The notes below the pieces were generated by a model that saw only the letters and a list, made by a program, of their open reading frames with translations, was not told the origin of the DNA and ran no database searches. A DNA stretch of 61,793 nt, filler included. It is 8 parts of 8 records of this genome, joined end to end, with 100 filler letters (N's around TTAATTAATTAA, not from the genome) between each part and the next. Parts side by side here need not be neighbours in the genome. Positions count along the whole stretch, not along the records: positions 17,701 to 32,446 come from SRR7504441_826; positions 32,547 to 42,334 come from SRR7504441_827; 6 more parts are not named here. One strand, 5' to 3'. A program made the position numbers and the translations under genes. Shown one piece after another: positions 21,720 to 33,919 of this stretch (position 1 is its first letter; every line of letters begins with the position of its first letter).

Positions 21720-23215
21720 ATGGATCCGGGTTTGGAGGAGGCCGAGTCGCCGCCGGATGACGAGGGCAAGCTGCTGGTGCCGACCGAGATCGAGCCGCCT
21801 GCCCCGCCATCAGACCGCTGGGCCACCTGGCGGCTGGGGCTGACCCTGGCGGCGGCGTACAGCTTGAACTACTTCTGGCGGTACCCGATCTTCATGCTGC
21901 CATCCGACACGCTCAACAAGCCGGTGGCCACCGTGTTCGGCACCCGGCTCAAGCTGCAGGCCTGTTTCTCGATCGCATTCACCCTCGGGTTCGGGGCGGC
22001 CAAGGTGCCGGCAGTCTACGTGATGAGCTCCTCGCTCTTCTTCAGCCGGCGGCTCGAGTGCTGCATTGGGCTGTTTGCGCTCACGATGAGCACGGTTGGG
22101 CTCGGGGTGTGGGGCTTTCAGGCGGTCCCAGCACTGCAGGTGCTGGCGGTGTTCGTCTCCTGTTTCTTCGCCTCTTGGGTGTACGGCGGCATGATCACCT
22201 ACATTGAGGGCCGGCGCAGCACCGGTGAGCCCGGCCACTGCCCCGGGCTGAGGGGGGGGTGGCAGAGATATTGCTGGCAGTGATGGCCGGCTTTTTTATT
22301 TACGCAGGCAATATCAGCCGGGGCACCGCTTCGCTAGTGCTCGACATGGGCGTTAGCCCGCCGCTGATGCCGTTGGTGATAGGGCTGGTGGCCTGCCCAG
22401 TCGCATGCGTGCTTATATGGCTCGTCAGTAGAATGCCGGGCCCGAGTGCGGCCGACATTGCGAGTAGGTCCAAAAGGAGAGCGATGACCTCCGAGCAGCG
22501 GGTGGCCTTCATTAAGGAGTGGTGGCCCGGGATCGTGCTCATGCTGATCAGCTACGCCACCATGACCGGGATCCGCTCTTTCCGCGACTTTTATGTCAAA
22601 CAGATCTTCTCAGCTGCTATGAACAAGTCTAAAGACGACGTGCCATCTTGGGCCTATTTTGTGGCCGATGCCCCAGGCGCGGTCCTGTCTTGCCTGGCGC
22701 TCGGGCTGGCCAACCGCGTGCGCGACCACGTTACAGCGCTCCGAGCACTGTTCACGGTGCAGATCATAGCTGTGCTGTTTGCACTGGGCGCCACAGTGCT
22801 GTTCAAACTCGACGCCATTGGCGGGCTACTGTGGCAGATGATGCTTGGTGCCGGGATATTTGTGTCGTATACGCTGATGCAGACCCCCGTGTTTGAGAGG
22901 CTGTTCGCGGCCACGCATACGGAGGGCACATGCGCGTTTCTGATCTTCTTGTCCGACTTTTGCGGCTATGTGGCCACAATCGGGTTGCTGCTGTACAACA
23001 CTTTCGGCGGATCGTCTGGCGACAGCGACGACGACAACAAGGACGTTCTTGACTTGTATCTGAGCGTGCTCTGGGCCGGGGGGTTGTCGATCGTGGCGGC
23101 GCTGGCTGGGTGTCTAGCGTATTTTATGTTTAGGCTGAGGAATCCGTATGCGCCGACGGAGCTCGAGCATAGTGACATGGACCATGCAAGCTCGAGTAAA
23201 GACAGCGAAGCTTGA
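21720..23215 (+). CDS. DUF5690-family MFS-like polytopic membrane protein, one intron
   Basis: 'AAYSLNYFWRYPIF', 'TYIEGRRST|EILLA' (restored by removing a 41-nt GT-AG intron near 22225-22265), 'RSFRDFY' and 'VFERLFAA...FLIFLSDFCGY'. About 12 hydrophobic segments. Confidence 0.75.
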
Positions 23216-23259
23216 TCTTTATTTAAACAAATTCTTGATCATGATTTCCGCGTGTTCCT

Positions 23260-24744
23260 TCATAAAATGATGCACTCCTTGCATCCAGCTACACACGAGC
23301 TCCTGTTGCCGGCCTGCAGCTTGGGCTCCGTTGAGTACGTGGTCACAGTGGTTACAGCGTGCAGCTCCGGCTCTTTCTCGGCCACCACCTTTTGGGGGGA
23401 GAACACCAGCTGCTTGGCTTCAGGCTTCTCCTTGACTGCAGGCTTCTCCTTGACTGCGGCTTCTTCCTTCTTCACCACCGGCTCCGGCGCCGGCTCCAGC
23501 TCTCTCCTCACACTGGCGGTCGCCTCCTCAGTCTGCTCCATAAGCCGATTCTTCGCAATCTCAGCGTTGGCTTTCGCAAACCAAGGGTCTGGCCCCTCCT
23601 CCGCCACAGTGCGCCGCTGCTGGCCTGGTGAAGAGGTCCTTGCTTCCGATCGATGCCGCTCCTCCGACCGCTTCCGCAGCCCCTGCGCGCTGGCCATATG
23701 AATCTGCCTTTGCTCCTTCCGCTCCTGTAGCACAGGCTGGCTCGCGGCCGATCTAAGCCGACACCCTCTGTCGCGCTGACGACGGCGACTCTGCACGGGT
23801 CGAGCCTGGTTCACTAGCCCGCTCGACCAGCGCCGGACTGGTGCTCCTGGCGGGCTGTGGTGTGCGTGGCGGGCTGCAGGCCGGTGAGCGGGCCGGCGTG
23901 GTGGGCTGGAGCCACCTGTCGTGGTCTTGAACGGGACTCTCTCGCCTGTGGCCCCGACCGGTGAGCCACGCAGCAAGGCCAGCCTGACCCGTCCCTCTGC
24001 TGGCCGGGCGACTGGTTGCTCCGGGACCGGCTGACCGACTCTTTGAGTCCGTTCGACTCCTGGGGCCGGCTCAGGCCACAAGTGGGCTAGAGAGCCGCAC
24101 CGCCTTGTACCGCTCGAGGGCCGCCTTTATGTCTTGCTTGAGCTCAGCCCGCTGGGTCCGGCTATACACCCAGCCGTTCCCGGCGGCAAGGTTGGTCATT
24201 CCCTTGCACCAGCGGTCCATGACAACCTTGGCCGGGCTCTCAACTCCGGCGGCAGGCAGCCTGATGCGCAACTCGCCGCTGGCCTCGATGAGACCCAGCC
24301 GCACGCAAGGCTTGCCATCCTGCCCCGGGGTCACGCCACCCCGCACCGGCCCCGCGCCTGGTCCTCTTCCCTCTCCACCTCGGCCTGCCGCCCGTCCGGA
24401 TCGCGCAGCTGCACCACAACCTCGTCCGCCCTGCCGGGCTTGTGCCGCGCCCCGGCCACCGGCCGCACCCGGGAGGCAGCAGCGAGAGCGTGGCGGCCTG
24501 GTCGTTGGGGACCACCGTGAGCGCCGCCTCGGACCAGGATTGGCCCGCCGAGTCCCAGAACTCCACAGGCACGCCCTGCCCCGCCGGCTGGCGCCCACCA
24601 CGCCCTCAGGGTGCACCTTGGGTGCACTCTGGCCCGCCGACCGTGGGCTGAGCCGGCGTCCCGACGGCGATCGGGGCGATCCGCCCAGCGCCGGCTCCTG
24701 CACCCCCCGGCTCGCCGGTGTCTGCGCTGCACACGCCACACCAT
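23260..24744 (-). CDS. Uncharacterised protein with possible PH-like N-terminal domain and low-complexity tail; exon structure uncertain
   Basis: Coding-like segments 'PVEFWDSAGQSWSEAALTV', 'PCVRLGL...VMDRWCKGM' and 'DPWFAKANAEIAKNR...KEKPAVKEKPEAK' are separated by intron-like stretches. Confidence 0.45.
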
Positions 24745-24963
24745 GATACTCCTGACTTCACGCCCCAACTGCCTCGATGCAGCAGGCTGGGCTGACAATC
24801 TATGTCAGTAAAACGAGGAGAGCTTGAGTCTCGCGATAGGAGCTACACGAGCACGGCAACTTTGAGCAATCGCGAACAATAAGCCTGGTGTCAGAACGAA
24901 GTCGCTGACATTGCACATGTATGCTTTACTATGCTTTATTATTAATATCGGTAATCCCGAATC

Positions 24964-27900
24964 CTATCCTATCGGTACCAGTACTTCACTATGCGTAAAC
25001 CATCCCTTCTCAAAATCATCCCCATCATCGCGCACGTCGGTGGCGTCGTGGTATGTATCATCGTCAATGGGCAACGCATTGACCTCTGTCTCCATGCTAT
25101 TGATATTACTATAAACGCGCGTTAGAGGGTTGTTGGCGTGTATCTCTTGAACACAGGCCTCGCACTGCAACCACACAGGTTCAACTAGCAAGCGCTGCCG
25201 GGCACCTGAGCAAAGACAACGAGCCACTGGTCTCTTGCTTTCTGGTTTTCACAGTGAGCTATAACACCCGTCTCCTGATCCCCTATGTACTCTGCGCCCT
25301 CTCCCGCCTCTCCAGCGTCAATCGTGTCGCCAACCACGATCCGAAGTGCCCACAGACCGCTACAGCCGCCATCACCAGACGCCTGCTCTTCTCCGGGAGC
25401 AGCGGGCTCGACGTGTCGATGAACGATCCGCGTGAGACAGGTTTCGGAGCAGAAAAGCACGACCTGACGCTCTACCCTATGCTTACATTGAGCTCCCGCC
25501 TTGCACAGCTTGGAGCTCCAGCCCGAGTAGGAGATCTCAAGCACAGACTCGACTGCACAGACAGTGACGTGCCGAGACGTGTTGTCCTCATCAGGGTCGG
25601 TGCAGACAAATACATATAACCAGGCCTGTGGTGGGCTTGGGCTGACCTCGTCCAGCACCACTTTGGTCTGGTGTAGGATGGATTCGACATTCTCCAGTAA
25701 TGCCGAGAGCTGTGCAGTGCCAGACCCAGTAATGTGTGCAAACCGGCCGATAATGTCCTTGGCCAACCGCTGCTGCTCATTACGGCGCGCTTTCGCATCT
25801 GTGACACTGTCAATTCGCGAAGGAAGCAAGGGGCGCACACCTCCGATCCCGCCCAAGAGAACCACTTTGTTGCGAGCAGTCCACAGGGCAGTGAAATCCA
25901 TCTGGAATTCTGTGCGTTCTTCTTGTTTTGCATTCTTCTGTTCAGTTGACTTCCTAGGACCCGGCCGGCGCGTGAGGTGCTTAAACCGGCCCTTGTCGAT
26001 CAGTTCCAACAGCGCGTCGAGCAGACCGGGTAGCTTGCTAATATATTCTGCCACGCCTAATCAACGCCGGGCATAGGTTCCGGACACCTAGAGGGATGTG
26101 CAGCAAGTGTTGAAGGCTTTCTTGGATGCCGAAGTCCTTCTCTACTCTGGCGTTAATCTCGCCGATGTAACGCCGGAGCCCAGTGCTTTTCAACTGGTTT
26201 GCGACTCGGTCCTCTATGCCCTTCAATGCGCCAAGATAGTCCGAATACCTGACAAGATGCAATGACCTCAACTGAAAAGGCTGGCAGACTCACTCAGTGG
26301 AGCATGCCATATCTATCAGAACCGCAGATAAGAAGGCAATCGGTGCGTCCGCTCGCTCAGCGTAACTCAGTGCATGCTCGATATTTTTGAGATGTTTCCG
26401 GAGATTGGATATCTCTGGGGGAAACAACTCTTCAAGCTCCGACTTCTTGAATATGACTATTCCATCATCGTTACTCTGCAGCGGAGCTACGTAGTAATCA
26501 AGCAGAATATTGAACTGGTCAGTTATCTGAGTGCTGTGGGCTTGAATGATTGCATGCAACGTCTGGGTGATGCGGCCGAGCAAACTGTTCCCTGAGTGTG
26601 ACATTTGCTTGGATGACAGGTGAGGCTCTTCAGACTCTACTACTAAGTTATAGCACGTTTGTGCTTCTGGTGCCATTAGAAGGACAAGTTGTGCTGGATC
26701 CAAAGATTTGAGCCGCACTAGGCAGCTCATTCCGTCTGATCCATCCGACTCAAGGGTTTCTGTCTTGAGCCCAGATGTCTGGGCCTCTAGTTCTAGTTCG
26801 TTCGATCCATCCGACTCAAGATATTCTGTCTTGAGCCCATATGTCTCGGCCTCTAGTTCTAGATCGTTCTCTTGCTCATCTTTCATCGCCGAGACGTAGT
26901 CGGCTGCGTGCTCAGCAACAACACTAATTGTTCTGGCGCGATTAGCGTCCTCAAGCTGGACACATAACAGGGTCAACTTGCAGTAGGGCACACTACATAC
27001 CACGTGAATCAAAAAGTTGGCTGCGAAACGCTTCTCTTGGAGGTGCGTTCTTCGAAATAGCTGGAGGAGAACGTACATCATTAAGGCCTCGTGTCGGTCT
27101 GTTTTCCACCAGTGATTGCTGCTCATTGCATCAAGCATCTTGTGCTTGACTGTGCGGGAATTGATGTAGTTGTAAGTTTCCAAATGCGCCAGATCAAGCT
27201 GCAAGCGGGCACCAATCAAAGCAGCGCCCTCCTGCTAGAAATACCTCGTCCCGATGCTGTTTCCTCCAAAACTCCGAGAGTCGACTCTTTAGGAACTGGT
27301 GGGAGGCTGCCATCCGGATCTGTTCGAGCTTAGCCGTGTTAGCGTGCTGCAGCTCGATTTCACTCTGGCGCAGAGAATGTCTCTTGTAAGTGCTCGAGGA
27401 TGTCGGCGGCATATCATCGCAGCTGACGTGGAGCCAAGGCGCGATGAATATCGACTCAACGCCGAGCTCGCCCTGACATGCAGTCACGCGAGCGGTATCT
27501 TGCATCTCGTCTGTGATGTGATTCAAGTCAAGGCCATGCGTAAACCAGAATTTAGCGGCCTGCAACAACAGCCAGCTCGGTTAACAGTAAGTGCTGGTCG
27601 GCGGTGCCTGATAATTGTGCGCAAGGTCGAATGCCATAAGCCCAAAGATGACCAACCCGATTCCTGCTGAGGTCTGCACCTGGAGGTATAAATCCGAGGC
27701 GTTATTAGGCAGCTCCACGATATTGAGCAGCAGCCCAGTGAGCACAGACAGGATACACCCCAAGTATGCCCAACCAGCAGCATAGTTCTTCATGCAGACC
27801 TTGGAACGATCGGGCCGTAGTGCCCACACGGGAAGAAAGTTGATGGATCTAAGAACCATGACATCGTGCTTGCCAATAATGGCAGACAAGAAGAAGGCAA

Positions 27901-30900
27901 GTGCTGTTGATTGTCCAAATGTGATCATACAAGCCATGCTCACGACATTCACTGGAAACGCGTCGATCTCAGCCTGAGGACAAAACCAGTGATGCTCACT
28001 TTTTTTGTCATCAGGCCAAATCAACACGCCAGAGAATAAGGAGGCATGCCATGATTGCTTAAAGGCAAAACAAGCGCAAACTAAGTGAAACTAAGTCACC
28101 TGGAGGAGCCATGCGCCGAGAATTGAGCTGCCAATAATCAGCCCAGCTAGCAGTAAGTAGTCGAGAGACATCCGCCACGTGAAACGGTCAGGCGAGTACT
28201 GGATCTCCGGATCATGCCGGTGCCCTACAAGTCTGGCCAAGAATTCAACAGGGCCTCCAATGGAGCTACTGACCTGATCATATCTCGCATCAGCAATGCG
28301 ATAGACACTGCGTAAGCAGCAAGACACGCAGTGACGACGGCAGTGGCCTTTAGTGTCTGTAGATCGCCCTCCATATGACTGACGACCTGAAATTCTAACA
28401 AAAGAACAAGTCCAATGAAGCAAACAGAACAGATGACCGGCGTCATTCTCAGGTAAACGTGATCATACCATCCACTCGCTCCCGAATAAAATGCTAGCAT
28501 GGCAAGCGTATCCAGAAACACCAGTCCAAGTGATGCAATGATAAGCCGATAATCAGTGGCGTCGTGTGTCTTGTTTTCACGGAAGCCTGGAATGCTGATA
28601 AGTGTGTTGTATGCCTCATTCGGCAAACACATGTACACAAGGTTCACAAGAATGAGCAGGCCGTAGTTGTAACCAGCAAGAGCTGTATCGTACATTCTTG
28701 TATTGCGCAGAGGGATTGCACGGGCTGCAGCCGCGTAGGTGTTGACATAATAGATCGCGGCCACGGGAATGAGCCAGAAGACAAAGAAGTCCGGCAAAAC
28801 TCCAAAGCTAATGGCAAGCGAGGCAAACCAGGTAGCGTGCTGGATAATGACAAGCTTTCGGGCTGCGCCATAGCGAATCGACTCAGCCGGGTCCACATAG
28901 CCTCGGGATGCCTCCTTAGCGGGGCATAACAGCGCTTTGATTGGATTGTGTATGTTCTTGGTGAAGCGCAAGATCCTGCACTGGTCCCAGCAGACGACAG
29001 CGGATGTAAAGAAGGGGAGCAGGCCAAAAGACAGGACTAGCGGCACGGCCGTAATCGAGCTGTCGCCCATGTTGCTCACCACGCCTTCACTGTAAACCGT
29101 TTTCTGGACAATGTAAACCGCTAAGAAAAGGCTTCCAAACACCAGCGCGCCTGCGACCGCCAACCACAACATTCGATGTGCGGTCTTGTAAAGCGCCTGG
29201 AGCAACTCAAGCCGCGCCCGGTCCCGTTTGGAGACCCGCTCATTGAGTTCGGTCACACGCTTCATGATATCTTCCTGCAGATCGTCTGGAATTTCCCATC
29301 GCCCATCCCCCTTGACACACTCTCGATGCTGGCTGTATAGGATCCGCTTGAACGCCAGGTGATGGATGGATCCGATTTCGACCACAACACTGATCAGTGC
29401 ACGAGATGTCACAAATATGTAGGCCCAGCAAACCATCAGAAGCACAATGAACAGGGTCACCCACAGCACAGTTCTCACTGGGGTGTCCTTCTCTTGACCG
29501 ACCGGGAGGAAGGTTCTGGTGTCAGTCTCCCCGATAACATCCGTCGAATATAACACTGTGTACACGACACACCATACTCCGTGTGCTATAATCAGCCAGA
29601 CAAGAACCCAGTACGGCTGGAGCGTCGTTTCGCCTACGACAGCAGATCGGCATTTATAATTGCGGTACATCAGCGGGCAGCTGCCCTGATCAAGGTTGCC
29701 GCTTGATCTGTGATCTCCATTGCTGTCGGCACGTTTGAGCTCTGGTTCATAATCATCGTCATCCGGTTTTGAGCTCGCTAAGACTTCGTCGAGCTGCTCC
29801 ATCAGCTCCTGTTGCCTTTGGCGCTCCACCTGCGCGTCCGCATCTACTTCGAGCAGCATCTGCACGCTTGACGGATAGTGCCGTCGTGCCGCACCATAAG
29901 CTAGAAACGAAACCACCAGCACGAATACCGACGGCTCTACTAACAGCACTGTGCCACGTGCAACCGAATCCACCACTGCAAAGCGAGCCAGCCCAGACAT
30001 CACTATAAGTCCCTGCAGCGCCCGCTGATTGTGGGCCAGATTCAACTCGGTGAAACTGCCCAGCCCGTACGCTGCAGTGAGCACACCAAAGTCCACAGCG
30101 AACACGGCCACAGAGCAGACCACCTGCCAGCATCTCAAGGGGCGGAGAGGACGGAGGCGTACCGGGGTAACCCATTCATCAAACCAATGCCAGTACAGAC
30201 ACGTGAGCGTGACAAACGTCGAAAGCTCGATGAATAGCAGCGTGGACGAGTAGCAGGATGAAACCGCCTGGGCTTCGAGCATCGACCGCTTTTGCCACGG
30301 CTCCAGCTGGCTGTTGTGCTCCGAAAGACTCTGCGAGTCGCAACGGATCCTGACCAGGAGCACGTGCAGCACCAGCATCCAGCTGATCCCGACCCCCAGG
30401 ATCAGCAGGTACACTTTCTCCCACTGGGCTATTGTGAGGCACGAGATCAGCAGCGGCAGCACCACAAACACCAGGTACATTACCCAGCGGGCAGACACCC
30501 CGCGCCGCATGGCGCTCCCGGCGTGTGGCCGCAGCACCCGCCACTCCCAGCCCCAGTGGTGCAACGAGAGCAGCCCGTACACCAGAAGCAGCAGCAGCAG
30601 CGTCAGCGAGCACAGCACCACCGGGATCAGCTCACAACCTGAGTTGGCGACAGACAGCTCGACGAACGAGGCCAGGATGAAACCGAACGGGGCGAACATG
30701 GCCAGCAGCAGCAGGCAGCACAGCGCCGGGGCGAGCAGCTTGAACACCTGCCCGCGCGCTCGCCGGGCCGCCCGGGGCGGATGGCGCCTCGTCCGAGATG
30801 GGCCAGGTCGCCAGCCAGCCGACCACCAGCCCCGGGCGCACGGTGAACGCCAGCTTGTTGCATACCATGAAGCTCAGCGCGGCGATGGCCACTAGCCCGG

Positions 30901-31040
30901 CCAGATGCCACGGGATGGTCGCCTGGCCCCCCCCGTCGGCCCGGGCCTGGCCCGGCGGGCACCGCATCGAAGTGCTGCTCGCCTTGGCGCCAGGCCAGGT
31001 AGCAGTCCGCCTGGGAGGACAGGAACAGCGCCCGGCCCAT
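24964..31040 (-). CDS. Very large polytopic membrane protein fused to a C-terminal RhoGEF DH and PH-like module
   Basis: ORFs from 31040 down to 24964 join through short GT-AG and GC-AG introns. DH-like motifs 'ILLDYYVAPLQ...ELEELFPPEISNLRKH', 'YSDY' and 'SLQHLLHIPL..VAEY...LLDAL'. PH-like end 'CENQKARDQWLVVF'. Confidence 0.7.
26738..26870 (-). repeat. Two-copy 66-nt (22-aa) in-frame tandem duplication inside the RhoGEF gene
   Basis: 'CCATCCGACTCAAG...TCTGTCTTGAGCCCA.ATGTCT.GGCCTCTAGTTCTAG' starts at both 26741 and 26807. The peptides are NDLELEAETYGLKTEYLESDGS and NELELEAQTSGLKTETLESDGS. Confidence 0.95.
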
Positions 31041-31162
31041 CGCCCCTCGAGCTCAAGCCACGCCGCCGCCCGGCCAGAGCATTGAGATGATGAAGTGTGA
31101 ACAACTTGTGCACGATCTCCAGCTGCAGACTTGCCAAGCAGTTGGAGAGTGCGGTTTTAATA

Positions 31163-32284
31163 ATGGCCGCGAGGTTGGAGAGTGGCATTCACCAACAAGC
31201 TGGCGTTCACGTTGCCGCCTTTTGCCGCAAGCGCGGCTGCGAGAACCCCAGCCGGACCGGCGGCAGCCTGTGCGGGCCGCACGCTGAGCTGCCGCCACAG
31301 CGGTTCAACTGGTCGTCGCTCAAGCGGCCCGGCGGTACACGGCGCAGGCCGGCCTCGTCCTCCCCGGACCGGCGGCTGGCCCCGGGATGGTGCGAGCACC
31401 GGCACTGCGAGGCACCCGGCCTCTCCGCGGCAGGCTCGAGCGGTGGGCAGGCTCCGGCGCTGGCGGGGGACGGGCGGTGCGAGCTGCATCCGGTGAAGAG
31501 CCCCGAGGCAGCGCCCAAGCGGCCGGCAGAGTTCTGCCACCACCGTCAGGGCCCCCGGCAGCAGCCGGGCTGAGGCTCGGGGCAGGCGGATGCGACAACC
31601 TGTGCGGCCCCAACGGCGAGTACTGCCCGTATCACTTCTTCCGGCCCAACCGGCCGCTCGACTGGGAGGTGATCAAGGCCGGCGAGGCGGCGCCGGACAA
31701 GAGCCGGAACGAACTCGAGTTTTGCGTGTTTAGCGGCTGCGGCAAGCGGGTGGACAAGCCTGGGCAGGCCTGCCGCCGGCACCTGGCCCGGGTGGTGGCT
31801 GTGCAGGCCAAGCACTGGTGCGAGCAAGAAGGGTGAAGCGCGCTGCTCGAGGGCTGCGCCTGAGTGAGGCGATCTAGGTGCTCTCATCAAGCGGAGGAGG
31901 AACTAGACCAGGACGGCAAGAGCACCGGCCGCTGGCTGTGTGAGCGGCATATCGCCAAGCAGCGCTGTCAGCCATGCGCCAAGCGCGGCCCTGTGGTCTC
32001 ACAGGCCAGCCAGTCACGTGCGAGTGGCTGATTGCTCTTTGGCTGAGCGGCTGGCAGGGCGGCTCGAGACAAGGCTGGCGCGGCAGCTAGTGGCGAGGCG
32101 GGAGGCGCGCACCAAGAACCAATATTGCACGCACAAGAATTGCAGCGAGCTCGCTGTCGACCCCAAGGTGGCTGGCTAGTGGTGGCGGGCCGGGGAGCCA
32201 ATGCGATGGCAGGTCGGATTGTGCAAGGGGCATGCTGCTCGGAAGGCATTGCCGCGAGCTCCGAGAGAGGCGCCGTTGCGATAG
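31163..32284 (+). CDS. Protein with multiple C-x4-C-x9-11-C-x2-H zinc-finger-like repeats (WRKY19-like CCCH type)
   Basis: Repeats 'CRKRGCENPSRTGGSLCGPH', 'GCDNLCGPNGEYCPYH', 'CVFSGCGKRVDKPGQACRRH' and spliced 'CTHKNCSELAVDPK|VGLCKGH'. Confidence 0.65.
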
Positions 32285-32572
32285 CATAGGGGTAATCTTT
32301 TCATTATTTGAATATTAATCTTCGTCGTCGCTAATGATTATTACGGTATTCTTCGCCTCTTCATTTCTGCGTTTGAGTGCAGCGCGTCGTGTCTCGGCGT
32401 TGTTCCTCTGCGGGCATGAGGAACAAAACCCACCGTCCGGGATCTCNNNNNNNNNNNNNNNNNNNNNNNNNNNNNNNNNNNNNNNNNNNNTTAATTAATT
32501 AANNNNNNNNNNNNNNNNNNNNNNNNNNNNNNNNNNNNNNNNNNNNCGAGTCAGGATGCGGAGGTACTGGTC

Positions 32573-33589
32573 GTGGGCCAAGCAGCTGGGTGTGGGGGTG
32601 AAAACTCCATCAAGATTCTGCAGTTCAACATCTGGCAGGAAGGCAGCAGCGTGGAAGGGGGGCTCGAGAAGATCGCTGACGTGATTGTCGCATCTGACGT
32701 GGACGTGGTCGCGTTGAGTGAGGTGCGAAATTACCATGGCGATCTGCATGAGCGGCTCAAGGCGGCTCTTCTGGCTCGAGGGCACCGATTTAACGGATTC
32801 TTCGTGCAGGACGGTGCCAATGATGTCGGCCTGTTGAGCCGTTTTCCGATAGAAAAAGCAGAGCCTGTGACGGAGATGCCTTCGGATTTCTCCTCAAAGA
32901 TGGTGGCGTATCATCTTGTTTGCCCTCGGGGGAAGCTTTGTGTGGTGTCTTGCCATCTGGAGTACACGTCCTATGCCGTCAACTTGCCACGTGGTTATGG
33001 CGACGGTGGCAAGATGGGCTTTGGGAAGCTTCCCGATGGTCCGTGCATCGATCCATTAGAGTTGCAGAGAGTAGATGAGAGCTCCAACAGGGTGGAAGCA
33101 ATTGACGCATTCCTCCGTTATGCTGCTTCGCTACCAATACAGACACCGTGCGTTCTTGCTGGAGACTTTAACGAGTGCTCGCACCTCGACTGGACAGAGG
33201 CAACACGGGGACTATATGGGCACAATGGGGCGACCTATTCATGGCGAAACAGTCGAGTTCTCTTGGAGAACGGCTTCCAGGACAGCTGGCGGGAGCTTTA
33301 CCCTGACCCTGTGACCCATCTCGGGGCCACTTGGCCTTCGGAGGCTCACAAAGTCAACGCGCCATCTCCCAGCTGGTGCCCGGATGCTGACGAGCGGGAT
33401 CGCATTGACTTTGTCTATCACAACAGTTGCCTCCGTGCAGCAAGTGCCCACATTGTAGGCTCGCCTATTTACATAGTTCATGGTCAACCTGTGGAGGATG
33501 CATCATGCTGTGCTTTGGCCGCCGTTCAGGGTATGCCTTGGCCAAGTGACCATAAAGCAGTACGCGTGGAACTAGAGTTTGTGTCGTAG
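32573..33589 (+). CDS. Endonuclease/exonuclease/phosphatase (EEP) family protein, bacterial-like, 5' possibly partial
   Basis: Motifs 'ILQFNIWQEG', 'DVVALSEV', 'LAGDFNECSHLDW', 'DSWRELYPDP...GATWP', 'RDRIDFVY' and 'WPSDHKAV'. Confidence 0.9.
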   Translation: MGQAAGCGGENSIKILQFNIWQEGSSVEGGLEKIADVIVASDVDVVALSEVRNYHGDLHERLKAALLARGHRFNGFFVQDGANDVGLLSRFPIEKAEPVTEMPSDFSSKMVAYHLVCPRGKLCVVSCHLEYTSYAVNLPRGYGDGGKMGFGKLPDGPCIDPLELQRVDESSNRVEAIDAFLRYAASLPIQTPCVLAGDFNECSHLDWTEATRGLYGHNGATYSWRNSRVLLENGFQDSWRELYPDPVTHLGATWPSEAHKVNAPSPSWCPDADERDRIDFVYHNSCLRAASAHIVGSPIYIVHGQPVEDASCCALAAVQGMPWPSDHKAVRVELEFVS

Positions 33590-33919
33590 AACCAGTTTTG
33601 GATTAGTTAATGTTTTGAATCAATTGAGTGAAAAGCGTAGCCAATTTTGGGTAAAGGTTTTGGGCACACAGGTAGCACACATGCCTATTACCACCCCTCC
33701 CTAGATGGATCCCCGACGATAATAACGATAACAACCGGTAGCACATCGAGCTGGCGTACGCCGTGGTGCGCGCCACTAGCGCGCCACACGAGTATTCCGC
33801 CTATACTGGTACAGTACAGTACTGTCAGCTGTATGGCTTCGGAACATGTGTGATCGATAACGGCTGATCTCTTGCCTGGCACAACGGCATAGAGCCCAAG
33901 GGGTGCGGCTCAGCACCAG

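Noticed and set aside
32573..33589. EEP domain as a LINE endonuclease
   Set aside because: It is a stand-alone ORF with a stop and no downstream reverse transcriptase, and its motifs fit the bacterial-type EEP family.
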